DNA from: an uncultured virus (IMG/VR IMGVR_UViG_3300026549_002537)
Lineage: Duplodnaviria; Heunggongvirae; Uroviricota; Caudoviricetes
DNA length: 64,000 bases
IMG/VR virus record: IMGVR_UViG_3300026549_002537
Strand: one strand, 5' to 3'
The position numbers were made by a program, and so were the translations under genes. Shown here in pieces: positions 18,859-29,100 of this stretch; the first letter of the stretch is position 1, and every line of letters starts with the position of its first letter. The notes under the pieces were generated by a model. That model was given only the letters and a program-made list of their open reading frames with translations. It did no database searches and was not told the DNA's origin.

Positions 18859-19123
18859 TGAGAGCTTGCAACAGATAACGCTTGATAGCTGCTATGTAAG
18901 CACCATTAGAAATGACCTGTACGAGAGGCTGAACATACTGGGTCGGTATCTCTACCTCAGAGTCTGAGAAATAGATTTGCCGTGCCAGTTCCTCAAAGCC
19001 GATGTCACAGATGACCGGGCCATTATACATCATGTCATTGCCAACATCCTTCGCAATGTTGAAGGTATGGCGAGTGCCGTCAAACGACACCTGCACATCA
19101 ATTGTCGTGAAATCAATTTTCAT
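18842..19123 (-). CDS. Hypothetical protein
   Basis: Overlapping ORF within the operon. Confidence 0.65.
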   Translation of the reverse strand: MKIDFTTIDVQVSFDGTRHTFNIAKDVGNDMMYNGPVICDIGFEELARQIYFSDSEVEIPTQYVQPLVQVISNGAYIAAIKRYLLQALNGKQQ

Positions 19124-19457
19124 AACTTTTCCTATTTAAATAGTTAAACCATGTGAAATGCTTGCGACTGGCGAGATAGGCGACATCGTCTTGGTTGGCA
19201 TACGCCTCACGCTCGAATGAAATGTTACGGTATGCCTTGTGCCAGTTGCGGTACTGGCACAGACGGAACAGGAACTCCAGACCATACCACAGGAAGAAAA
19301 ACAGGATCAGCATTTCCTTCTGCTGCTCACTGTGAATTTCCTCATGGTTGATGAGTCGTGACGTGATGGCAACACCCTTCCTCACAATCAGCCACCATAC
19401 CAGTGTGATGGCTGCATACCCATTGAACGGGAACCAGGAACTTCTTACTATCTTCAT
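19113..19457 (-). CDS. Hypothetical protein with HExxH motif (metallopeptidase-like)
   Basis: INHEEIHSEQQKE...YRNISFEREAY. Confidence 0.7.
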   Translation of the reverse strand: MKIVRSSWFPFNGYAAITLVWWLIVRKGVAITSRLINHEEIHSEQQKEMLILFFFLWYGLEFLFRLCQYRNWHKAYRNISFEREAYANQDDVAYLASRKHFTWFNYLNRKSYEN

Positions 19458-19460
19458 ATC

Positions 19461-22400
19461 CTAATCTTGTCTGTTAAGTATTCTTGCTGTGTAGTAGCAT
19501 GAGTAATCGTCTATGGTCAGAGACTTGCTGCTATCGTAAACCAAAAGGAACGTCAGACTGTCACCTGCACCCATTGACACCTCATCCCAGTTGCTACCAT
19601 CCCAGTGAGTGATGAGCGGTAGTTCGGTAGTGTTCCAAGGCTTATTGCCGCCGCTGTCTTGTGTACGGCAACGACCACGGACAACAAAACTGTTTGAATT
19701 GAGGTCTGATATTACGGTCACAACTACGGCAAAGTTGGTGCTTGAACTGATTCCAAGCGCACTTCTTACCTCAGTCAGTCTCGGCAGTCCTATTCCAGAG
19801 TTGCTTACTGAACTATATACGATGAACGTATTGTTAGTTTTCAGTTCTGCATATCCAGAGCCGGAGTAGATGGTGTTGGCCGTTGACAACGTTAATTTGG
19901 TGAACTTGCAGCCTCCTATCCATCCGTTAAGAACGCCGTTGCCTTCACCCATAAAGGCGAAGTTACGGGTATTGTTCTTAGCACGCAGAACGAGAGCGAT
20001 GTTTGCACCTCCACCGAACCAGTCATCATTGTCCTCAATCTCATACCTTGCCAAAGCCCTTGCGGTGGAATATGATGGCAGGACATTGGGGCCTATGCCG
20101 ACAAAGCACCTGTGGGAATCGTTTCTGAGGATGACGTATGCATCATTCGTAAACGTGCCATTGTCATTCTCGTTGGTGAGTCCGTTACCCGAAATCTTGA
20201 AGCCGCCAATCTTTCCGCTTGTGGCAGTAATAGAGCCTGTGATGGTGGCGTTTGTGGCCTTGAAACCATCCATAGTCACATTACCATTTGCGTCAACGGT
20301 AAACTTGTTGTTGATTACGGTCTTTCCGACAAAGTTAATATTGTCAGCGGAAATCTTCAGCGAACCACTCTGGAAGTCTATCTTATCAGCTCTTATCTTG
20401 ACACCACTCTCGATGATACCATTTGAATCATGGGTCACGAACGCGCTCATGTGTGCCTCTGCAATCTTATTGCCGTCTGCATCGGTTGCCTCTGCAAAAA
20501 GTTCAGCCCAATCAGTGCTTGAAATGAATCCTGCGGCTGTACCATAGTCACCTGCACGCTGATATGCAACGGCACGGATATATCCTTTGATGTTCTCGAT
20601 GATGCTGTGTGTCGATTCCTGCAACACCTCCCAACCTGTTCCGTTGTACATCTGAATGCAGATACCACCCTCTACGGTCTGATAACCCGAAGGAGCGTTG
20701 CTGTCAGTGAAGTTGACAGGAGTACATACCAAGTCGTACAAATTCGGTGATGACGGCTTCGTACGGTAGATTCTGATAGTATATGAACCGATGACACCAT
20801 ACATTGCATCAAGTGCTGTTTTCAGTGTATCGTTTGACACCGAAACCCATCCTGCCGTGCTATTTGGGTACTGATAGACGGAACCATTATAATAAGAGAT
20901 GTCACCGTTTGCATGGCCAGAAGAAGGCTTCGAGCCGAGATATACGGCCAGATATGAGTTTGAACTTTTGTCCCTTATGTACCCCCCAGCATAACTATAA
21001 ACCATGTTGCACAATGCGGAAAGCAGAACCCTCGGGTCTCTCTTCTCTGTAATATCTGACAGGTCGGCCCAGTCGCTATCTGCACCTGTAGCACCTGCGC
21101 TGCGCCCATAGACACAGAGCATCATGTTGTTGCCATTGTTTGTCTGAATCCAGATATCACCTACCTTGTAAGGAGGTGTCGGACGTGAGCTCTGTGCGAA
21201 GACCTGAATCTTCGATGTTGAGCCTGATGCAAGCAGTGACGATCTGGCTTCATAGTAATTGCGCCACAGTTGCTTGAACACGCTGCCGTTTATGGTGGTG
21301 TTTCCAGAAGTCACCAGGATGGCAGGAGCCGTCCCCGTGAACTCTGAGTAGTCGGTCATCGACAGGTTATCGAGGTAGTGCGAAAGCAGGTTGAAGCAGT
21401 TGGAAAGCGTGGTTGTCGAAGTGCTCGGGTCATTGGCAAACTGCGACACCAACGAGGCGCGTTCTGCCTTGGCCGCTTCCCATTCCCTCAGACATACCAT
21501 TTTCTCAAATTCTGTGAGGATATCATCATCGGCCATATTATCCAGCTCTTCCAGGGCATCGTCAGCGAGTGATTTCACCTTATCACCGATGGCCTCAATC
21601 AGAAGCGTCAACTGGATATAGTAATCATTCCACTTGGAACGGTATTGGTCAGCCGTGAGGCTGTAGTCGGACAGCTTGGTATCAAGTATAATATTTGTCG
21701 TTGTCAGCCATGCAGGGCGCGTTGAGCCGTTCAAGATGGCGGCAGATGCTGGTGTTCCTCCGTTGAGCATGGTGGCCAATGCTGTATATGCAGTGACATA
21801 CGACGTCTTCGTAACGCTGTAATTGTCTGCTTGGTCAGTGTACTTTAGGTATTCCTGTATGCACCTCTGCCAGTCAATGAAGACACCGCTTTTCTCTGCA
21901 CCGCCACTAAGGATTCCGTCAGATACAACGTCATCAATACGGTCATGGGCACTGTCGGCGGTGTCCTGAGCATGGTCTGTAAGCGCGGTGAGGACTGCCG
22001 TACGCTTAGCGTAGAAGTCTGACCATTTCTGCCTCCATATACTGCCAGTGATGGTGTTCTTTGCGGACATGTGGGCCGTTGTCACCTCTCCTTGACCGTT
22101 CACCTCATCATTCCTGATCCATAAGGGAAGTTTGCTGTCAGTGAATTGTGCAAGGGAAGGCTCAGTCCATGAAGTACCTCCATTAAGGTAAGTACCGAGG
22201 GCACGGAAGGCTGTTATATACGGGAGAATATAATCGTTGTATGTAATGAGCCACTGGCCGCTGCCGTCCTTTGCCATATCAAGGATGCCGGAAGCATAGC
22301 CAGCTTCATCAGTGTCCATCATTTCGTGGTACAGGGCAATGAACTCACGTTTGACCGTAATCTTTTCCGTAGGGTCTAACACGCCGTCATCAGCCATGTC

Positions 22401-25400
22401 GGAAATCTTACCGAGTGCATCATCTGCATCTGCCTGCGCATGGTCGGCCAAAGCCTTTGCGATTCTCTGAATCTCTTTCAGAAGGGCCGCGAGTGTTGTA
22501 TAATAGTCAGCCCACTTTGCCCTGTAGTCAGTAGGTGATGGTATGACTGTTTCTGTCTGCAGGTTCTGGAGCCATGACGGTGTGGGGATTTCACTAAGAG
22601 AGTCGCTTGTAATCAAATCGGTACCACCATTGAGCAGCTTGCCAAGAGCCTTGAAAGCTGCACGGTAGTTGGTCAGCTCTGTTGTGATTCCATAGTCTCT
22701 GGCCTGTTCGGTGTACTTTAGGTATTCCTCAGAGGCTTTCTGCCAGTCGAGGAACACCCTCACTTTCTCTGCACCGCCAGTGAGCTTTCCGTCACTGGCA
22801 ACGTCAGCGATTTTCTCCAGGGCGTCGATGGTGTCCTGGTCTGTGACATCTTCCCAGTAATAGATGATGGTGTTATTGGCACCTTCTGCGGCTATCCAAC
22901 GCCATGCCCTGCCTCTCTGTGTGGCAGGAGCCTTGTATGTGTCATAGAACAGATCCTGCGCATGCAGGGCCTTTAAATCATCCGTTATCCACTCAGATGC
23001 TGGATAGTTGGCTGTGGCCGAAGGGTTATTCTTGTTAGGAAGCGGCTCGTACGCACCGAACCATATCTCCATTTTCTTGTCTGCCTGGTTCTTGATGTCA
23101 TTCAAGGCATCTATGAGTGCGCGTAACTGGTCATCGATGGTGTCACCGTCACCAGTGTTACCGCCCTGACCGTCAACAACGGAATGGAACTCGCCATAGA
23201 TGACGTTCTTTGACGGTGATAGCAATAGGGTGGGGCTTGGCATTACGAAATGCTGACCGTTTGCACCGACACCAGAATACTCCATGATGGCCGGGGAGCC
23301 CTCACCTTCCACCTGAAGGTATATAACGCCCTGCCTTGCGCTGTTAGTCCAGTTACCGAACTGAACGATGACATCCTCTGGTTCCGGGTAGTCACTGCCG
23401 ATGGCACAGTCGGACATCGATATGTCAACGTACTGGTACTGGGTAGGCGTCGGGACGGTTTCGCCTGCATATTCTGGTTGAACAACCTGCGACGGTATTA
23501 CACCCCTGCCAATACCTGTTGCCCTGCGCCAGTAGAACTTGTTGCTGACATTCTCATGCACTCCCTCGTCGATGTTGAAGGTGCGGCACATGACCTGATC
23601 ATCCACGGCCCATTTGTTGATGGTGGCCGTCGTACCGTCATCGGAATAGAGGTAGCACCTGAACCTGTGGACATTGGCTATGCTTCCAACGGCCTTGTCG
23701 ATAACGTTACCGTTTGCATCGAGCCAGTCAACATAATAGATACGGCTACCTGATGCAGAGAAAACGTAGTTGCCTCCGAGGTACGATATTTCACGGATCT
23801 CCAGCTTTGCGAAGAAGGCCCTTATGCGGACAAACAACTCGTCTATCTCGAGGCGGGTCTTGACACCACCATTGGAATCGGTCTTAGATATAAGCTCGAA
23901 GCCTTTGCCAAACAGGTTGTCCTCGTTGGCATTGTTGCTGCCGTAGTCTTCCGTCTGGATGCCCCTGCGCATACCATGGCCGTGCTTGAACGTCCAAAGT
24001 GAACTGATGATATCATCCCTGTTCTTACGGGCATACTGCCTGTCTGAGCGGAGAGCGGAGTAAACATTTCCGTCACCGGGCGTTGCATTGTCATTTACAC
24101 CGATTACATAGACATTCCCACCGACACCAGAGTAACCATACTCGCTGTTTCGGTAGTTGATGGAGTTCACTGCATCGTTCAGCTTCGCCTCAGAGTCTTT
24201 CTTGCTCGAATAGGTGGCAGACTCACCAACATAGATAACAGGGCTGTCATAGGGCTTATCCAGTTTGTACTCATAGCCAACAACCCTCGATACCCTGCGA
24301 CCTCCTGCGAAGTAGGCATCACTGATTAACTGTATTCTCTGGCCCAGTTCAAAGGAGCCCACCTTGCTATAGTTCGGGTCTTGGTGCCCGTTGTGGAGTC
24401 CGTACATGTAGTCGGACATCATGGTACACGGGTATGTCAGAGGGTCTTTCTTCAGCCGTGCCGCATAGTCCCGTACCCTTGCCAGCACCTCATTCTCGGC
24501 AGCGGTAACGAGACCCATGCCGTTCTCAACCTTCGTTATATCCCATCCTAACAGAATGAAGGAGTCACCGTATGATGGTTTCAGCGTCTCGTTGGGAAGG
24601 AGCAATCCGTAGGTGTCATTCCTTACGATCTCGAATACCTGCGCTTCGGGGTTTGTGACCTCGACACGTTCATCATTGGCACCATGAGCACTGATTTTCT
24701 CAGACACTCCCTCTGGGTTGAAGGCGACATCGAAAATCATGCCGTTAAGCCTGCCAGACGTGAACTGCATCTGCAGCGTCTGCCCGGCAAGGATATAATC
24801 CTTACTGAATATATACGCCCCCGTCTTGATGCGGTAGAACGTGGCCATTTCCTGCTCTCCTTCCTGTTCCACGTTGTCAGTGGTGGCCTCCGTAGTGGAA
24901 TCGCTCTCGTTGACTGGTTTCTCTATCTCGGTAACTTCTGTTATCGTTGCCTCAGTCCTGGGAAACACGTCATCGAAGAACACGATGCCCTCGACGATCT
25001 CGTCAGCTGCAAGGTTCTGCTCAATATCGACATACGGTGTGGAAGCAGGCATCATGACCCTTTTCTGGACTACGCCGTTAAGAAGAACCTGCTCGTCGTT
25101 CTTTCGGTAGTCTGGTGGAAGGTTCCTTGCGGCACCGAAGGCATAGAGGCGTGTGATGTACTGCCCCTGTGTCTTCTCTGCCGTCATTTCCTCGACATTG
25201 ACACCTTCCTCGAAATTGATGGCGTTGCCGTACTCTGCCTTTCCAAGATGGATGATGTTGTCAGTTATCCACCACTCCACATTGAAAGCCTCGGCTATCT
25301 GCGTAAGGGCATCAAGGATATACTTGTTGCTGAACTCGATGAATACAGCCTTATCCACGCCTTCCACCAGATATGAATTCTGGTCAACGGTGTAGTTCCA

Positions 25401-25790
25401 TCCGTGATGCGTCAGGTTTCTCAGGAACACGGCCATGTGGTTCCGCAAGTTGTCGGTGAGCGACCAGCTTGCCTCGTTACGGTTGCTGCTTGGCTCGAAC
25501 TTGTAAAGCTTATTGTTCCACCTGTAGTGAGGCGCGTCAAACTGAATGTCATAGTCATAGCCTCCAGTGCTCTTGTTATATGACCCCTTCTGCGGCTTCG
25601 TCACATAGAACGTACCCCAGTCGGTATTGATGTAGTCACCGAGGCGTATGTTTATCTTCTCATTGGTGGAGAATACCAGGCGCACATAGTCCTCTTTCAT
25701 CAGTTCCAGCTTACGCACTGACTCCTGCTCTGGGACAACGGTGTGTGAACTGCCGCCAACCCCGTATATTTCGATTGTTGCTGCTGCCAT
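19461..25790 (-). CDS. Tail tip / baseplate hub-host specificity protein
   Basis: 2109 aa after the distal tail gene; ITRLYAFGAARNLP motif; four internal D-G-x-L-xxx-E-K repeats; GKIGGFKIS beta repeats. Confidence 0.8.
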   Translation of the reverse strand: MAAATIEIYGVGGSSHTVVPEQESVRKLELMKEDYVRLVFSTNEKINIRLGDYINTDWGTFYVTKPQKGSYNKSTGGYDYDIQFDAPHYRWNNKLYKFEPSSNRNEASWSLTDNLRNHMAVFLRNLTHHGWNYTVDQNSYLVEGVDKAVFIEFSNKYILDALTQIAEAFNVEWWITDNIIHLGKAEYGNAINFEEGVNVEEMTAEKTQGQYITRLYAFGAARNLPPDYRKNDEQVLLNGVVQKRVMMPASTPYVDIEQNLAADEIVEGIVFFDDVFPRTEATITEVTEIEKPVNESDSTTEATTDNVEQEGEQEMATFYRIKTGAYIFSKDYILAGQTLQMQFTSGRLNGMIFDVAFNPEGVSEKISAHGANDERVEVTNPEAQVFEIVRNDTYGLLLPNETLKPSYGDSFILLGWDITKVENGMGLVTAAENEVLARVRDYAARLKKDPLTYPCTMMSDYMYGLHNGHQDPNYSKVGSFELGQRIQLISDAYFAGGRRVSRVVGYEYKLDKPYDSPVIYVGESATYSSKKDSEAKLNDAVNSINYRNSEYGYSGVGGNVYVIGVNDNATPGDGNVYSALRSDRQYARKNRDDIISSLWTFKHGHGMRRGIQTEDYGSNNANEDNLFGKGFELISKTDSNGGVKTRLEIDELFVRIRAFFAKLEIREISYLGGNYVFSASGSRIYYVDWLDANGNVIDKAVGSIANVHRFRCYLYSDDGTTATINKWAVDDQVMCRTFNIDEGVHENVSNKFYWRRATGIGRGVIPSQVVQPEYAGETVPTPTQYQYVDISMSDCAIGSDYPEPEDVIVQFGNWTNSARQGVIYLQVEGEGSPAIMEYSGVGANGQHFVMPSPTLLLSPSKNVIYGEFHSVVDGQGGNTGDGDTIDDQLRALIDALNDIKNQADKKMEIWFGAYEPLPNKNNPSATANYPASEWITDDLKALHAQDLFYDTYKAPATQRGRAWRWIAAEGANNTIIYYWEDVTDQDTIDALEKIADVASDGKLTGGAEKVRVFLDWQKASEEYLKYTEQARDYGITTELTNYRAAFKALGKLLNGGTDLITSDSLSEIPTPSWLQNLQTETVIPSPTDYRAKWADYYTTLAALLKEIQRIAKALADHAQADADDALGKISDMADDGVLDPTEKITVKREFIALYHEMMDTDEAGYASGILDMAKDGSGQWLITYNDYILPYITAFRALGTYLNGGTSWTEPSLAQFTDSKLPLWIRNDEVNGQGEVTTAHMSAKNTITGSIWRQKWSDFYAKRTAVLTALTDHAQDTADSAHDRIDDVVSDGILSGGAEKSGVFIDWQRCIQEYLKYTDQADNYSVTKTSYVTAYTALATMLNGGTPASAAILNGSTRPAWLTTTNIILDTKLSDYSLTADQYRSKWNDYYIQLTLLIEAIGDKVKSLADDALEELDNMADDDILTEFEKMVCLREWEAAKAERASLVSQFANDPSTSTTTLSNCFNLLSHYLDNLSMTDYSEFTGTAPAILVTSGNTTINGSVFKQLWRNYYEARSSLLASGSTSKIQVFAQSSRPTPPYKVGDIWIQTNNGNNMMLCVYGRSAGATGADSDWADLSDITEKRDPRVLLSALCNMVYSYAGGYIRDKSSNSYLAVYLGSKPSSGHANGDISYYNGSVYQYPNSTAGWVSVSNDTLKTALDAMYGVIGSYTIRIYRTKPSSPNLYDLVCTPVNFTDSNAPSGYQTVEGGICIQMYNGTGWEVLQESTHSIIENIKGYIRAVAYQRAGDYGTAAGFISSTDWAELFAEATDADGNKIAEAHMSAFVTHDSNGIIESGVKIRADKIDFQSGSLKISADNINFVGKTVINNKFTVDANGNVTMDGFKATNATITGSITATSGKIGGFKISGNGLTNENDNGTFTNDAYVILRNDSHRCFVGIGPNVLPSYSTARALARYEIEDNDDWFGGGANIALVLRAKNNTRNFAFMGEGNGVLNGWIGGCKFTKLTLSTANTIYSGSGYAELKTNNTFIVYSSVSNSGIGLPRLTEVRSALGISSSTNFAVVVTVISDLNSNSFVVRGRCRTQDSGGNKPWNTTELPLITHWDGSNWDEVSMGAGDSLTFLLVYDSSKSLTIDDYSCYYTARILNRQD

Positions 25791-25791
25791 C

Positions 25792-26190
25792 TTACCTGTT
25801 GTTTGGGTTGTATTCTCTTAATCTCAGGACAAACTTTCCCACACCTCTCATGAACTGGCTGAACTGCTGACATGAAAGGTAGGTGCAACGGTACGTTACA
25901 CCAAGCACACCAATGTTCACAAGGCCAGTTCTCAGTTCAGCGCACAAGGCATTGTAGTTGGTGAGGAAAGCACTCTCATCAGCACCGTACACGCTAAGGT
26001 TCAGCGTGAAGTCCCTTGCTGCAACATAAGGGGTGTCATCAGTCACCACTCGGACACCATGCTCAATCCTGCTCTCGCTCTGCACCCTCTCCTTCATGGG
26101 TGGCGGTGTCATCAACTGACCAAGGGAACTCGGATCAAGCGATATGCCCGGCAGTGTCTTTCCATTGATTGTTACTGCTACTCTGCTCAT
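25792..26190 (-). CDS. Distal tail protein (Dit-like)
   Basis: Follows the tape measure gene; C-terminal LREYNPNNR. Confidence 0.65.
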   Translation of the reverse strand: MSRVAVTINGKTLPGISLDPSSLGQLMTPPPMKERVQSESRIEHGVRVVTDDTPYVAARDFTLNLSVYGADESAFLTNYNALCAELRTGLVNIGVLGVTYRCTYLSCQQFSQFMRGVGKFVLRLREYNPNNR

Positions 26191-26192
26191 AT

Positions 26193-29100
26193 TTACTTCG
26201 TGTTTGAATTTATCTTATCCAGTTTCTTACCGAAATCCTTGTAGATGACCTTCGTGGCTTCGAGAATGTCCTCCAGGAAAGCGTTGTTGGTAATCATGAG
26301 GTTTCGGATCTCCAAAAGCGTAAGATTGCCAGTCTCAGTGTTGGTATAGATAGCGGCCATCGTGGTAACCATCGTAATGATACCCTCGCTGATCCTTTCG
26401 CCGGAAGCCTGCAAAGCGGTGAAACGCCCGTTGATTTCCTGGCCAGTGTCTTCACCCAGGGACTGCCAACCGCCCTGTGATGCTTTCTGCTCGTACTTCT
26501 CAGAATCTTCGGTTGGCTTAATAAGCCCTGCATCTATGAGGTTCTGTCTTCGGGCAATCATTTCATTGGCAATCTTCTCGTTCTCTGAACGGATATAATT
26601 CAGCTCGGTTTCATCAAGACCGTCACCTGCATGGTCGGCAATGTACTTATACAGGGCCTTTATCCTATCACGGTACTCTTCATTTACAAGTGACTCCAAG
26701 AGGGCGTTGCTGATGATGTCCTCTATCTTGTCACCGAAATCTTCCGTTGTACTGGTGAGGTTCTTAATAAGCGTCTTATAGGAATCGAGGAAACCGTCCC
26801 AGCTGTAGCCGGTCAGCTTTTCATTGAGCGCACTTGTCAACTCTTCAATCTGACCAGCACTCTCGATGTATTCATCAATCAGATCCTTCGGGTTGCTCTC
26901 ACCGTCACCATTCAGGAGCTTGGCCCATTCAGCAGGAGCGAAGTCACGTAACAACTGCATTTCCTCTGGTGAGAGTCCCCAGATATTATTCCTGTTGACG
27001 TTAGTGTTATAGCCGTTCTGTCTCAGTACCTCAGAGAACTTGGCCCAACCGCTCCATGTGTTATCTGGCAGATAGTAGTTGAACGAGTGTTCACCACCCA
27101 GACCCATAAAGCCGTGACCTGAGTTAGACCACTCGGAAGCCCTTGCATCAATGGCATTCCTCTGGTTCTGCTGCCACTCCTTTGCGGCCTGTAACTGTTT
27201 CTGGTATGCCTCGATGGATTCCTTATTGGTGCTATCACTCCTGCTAATCACCTCTGCGAGGTCATCGATGCTCTTGGAAAGTGCCTCGTTAGCGGTTTTC
27301 AGTTCCTCGATACGGGCCTCCATTTCATCCTTATTGCTACCGAAGGCAGCACTTCCAGAGAACAGGTTGCCAATACCCTTGATGATTCCACCAACGATAT
27401 TGAGCACACCGCCAATGATATTGACAACAAGCTGTGGAAGGTCACTAAGGATTGCTTCAACAACCCTTGCTATTCTATCCAGCAGGTCTTTGATGAATCC
27501 TGCCGGGTCTTCACCGAGGGCATCGATGATTTGAAGGATGGCACCGATGATACCTCCTATCTTTCCACCGAGTTCACCCAGTGATGCAACAACCTTATTG
27601 CCGGAGCCGCTTAACTGGTTAATGAGGTTGGCCACACCAACGGCAAAGCCGCTCAATGTGCCTGACGTTATCTGGCTAAGTATGGTGGAGAAATTCTGTA
27701 GGCCCTGCGTTGCTGCTTCTGTAGCGTCATGAAGGTCTCTGTTGGACTTGTCTTTCTTATCCTTGGCATCGTTGACTTCGGTTGCCGTTGAGTTTACCGT
27801 GGCCTGCGCTTCATCGACCTTTATCTGGGCCAGTGCCTTAGCTGCCGGAGTGGTGGCCTTCTTCAACTCTTCCTGTGCCTTTATCAGGGCATCAACGGCA
27901 TCCTTGTGCCTCTGCTGTGTTTCAAGGAAAGAAGATACATCGGCCTTATATTGATTGGCAAGGCGAGAAATCTCATCCCATGTAGATGACTTGAACGGAC
28001 TGCGGGCATCGACACCTCCTGCATCTACCAACTCGTTTCTGAGGTCTTGGTATGATTTCTTGTCGGAGGCATTGAGCTTTTTGTACTCGTCGGTGTTCAT
28101 GTAGTCATCGACTTTCTTCAGCGTGTCTTTGGCGATTTCCTGGAGGACATTGCCGATGCCGCTGAACGTCTGACTCCAGTCGATATCCTCTGCAATCGAC
28201 TGTGCCTCTATCTGAGACAAAAGACTGTTACGTTCCGCCTCCAGCAGTTTCTTCTTATTCTCACTGGTCTCTTTGGTAATCTTTTCTTCATAGTCCATGA
28301 TGACAGCGTAACGCTTCTGCTCCATCGTACCGTACTCTGACAGGAAATCATAGAGGTACTGCAGCTCCTGTTTGGAAAGAGACTCTATCTGACGTTTGTA
28401 CTCTTCGATGTTAGACTGGATCCTGACATCGTAGTTCTTCTGCTCGACGGCTGTAGGCGTAGTATCAACGCTGTTAGGGTCAAACGCCTTATCTTTGTTT
28501 TTGGGATCAGCCTCCCATAGCTTACGGGCATTCTCGATTTTTTTCTGGCGAAGGTCTTCAAATCCTTTCTCAATCTCAAATGCCCTGCGCTGGAAATCCA
28601 ACTGAATCTGAGCGAGAACCTTATCATTTCCGTCTGCCATCATATCTATCTCGGCCTGGCGCGTCTGCAACTCCAATTCGCGGTTGGTACGCTCCAACTC
28701 CCTCTGCTGCCTATACCTTTCTTCCAGAAGCTTGCGGCCATCATTTGCAGCGTTTACCGTATTTCCTGTGGTGGTTGCGCTGGGTGACAGCTTCTTGGTG
28801 CTTGTCTCGCCAAGGCTCTGCAACTTGCCGTCGATATCATCAATCTTGTCACCGATGGCCTTCCAGTCATTGTTTATCTGCACCAGAGAGGCGTCACTTT
28901 CAAGAAGGGCCGCGTTGTACTCTTCAGCACCCTTGGCGGTAAAGGCGAACTTGCCAGAACCTTGATTGTACGTGTATCTGCCTCCGTTGTATGTCCCACC
29001 TGTTCGGTCTGCATACATGGACGTACCCTCTGGTGCCGCCTGGCCCTGATAGACCTTACGGGTGTTGTACCTGTCATAATACTTTTGCTCTAAATCCATC

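Noticed and set aside
19461..19700. Third VR at the C-terminus of the tail tip protein
   Set aside because: No similarity to the TR. I saw no other TR copies by eye, but a computational scan is needed to exclude them
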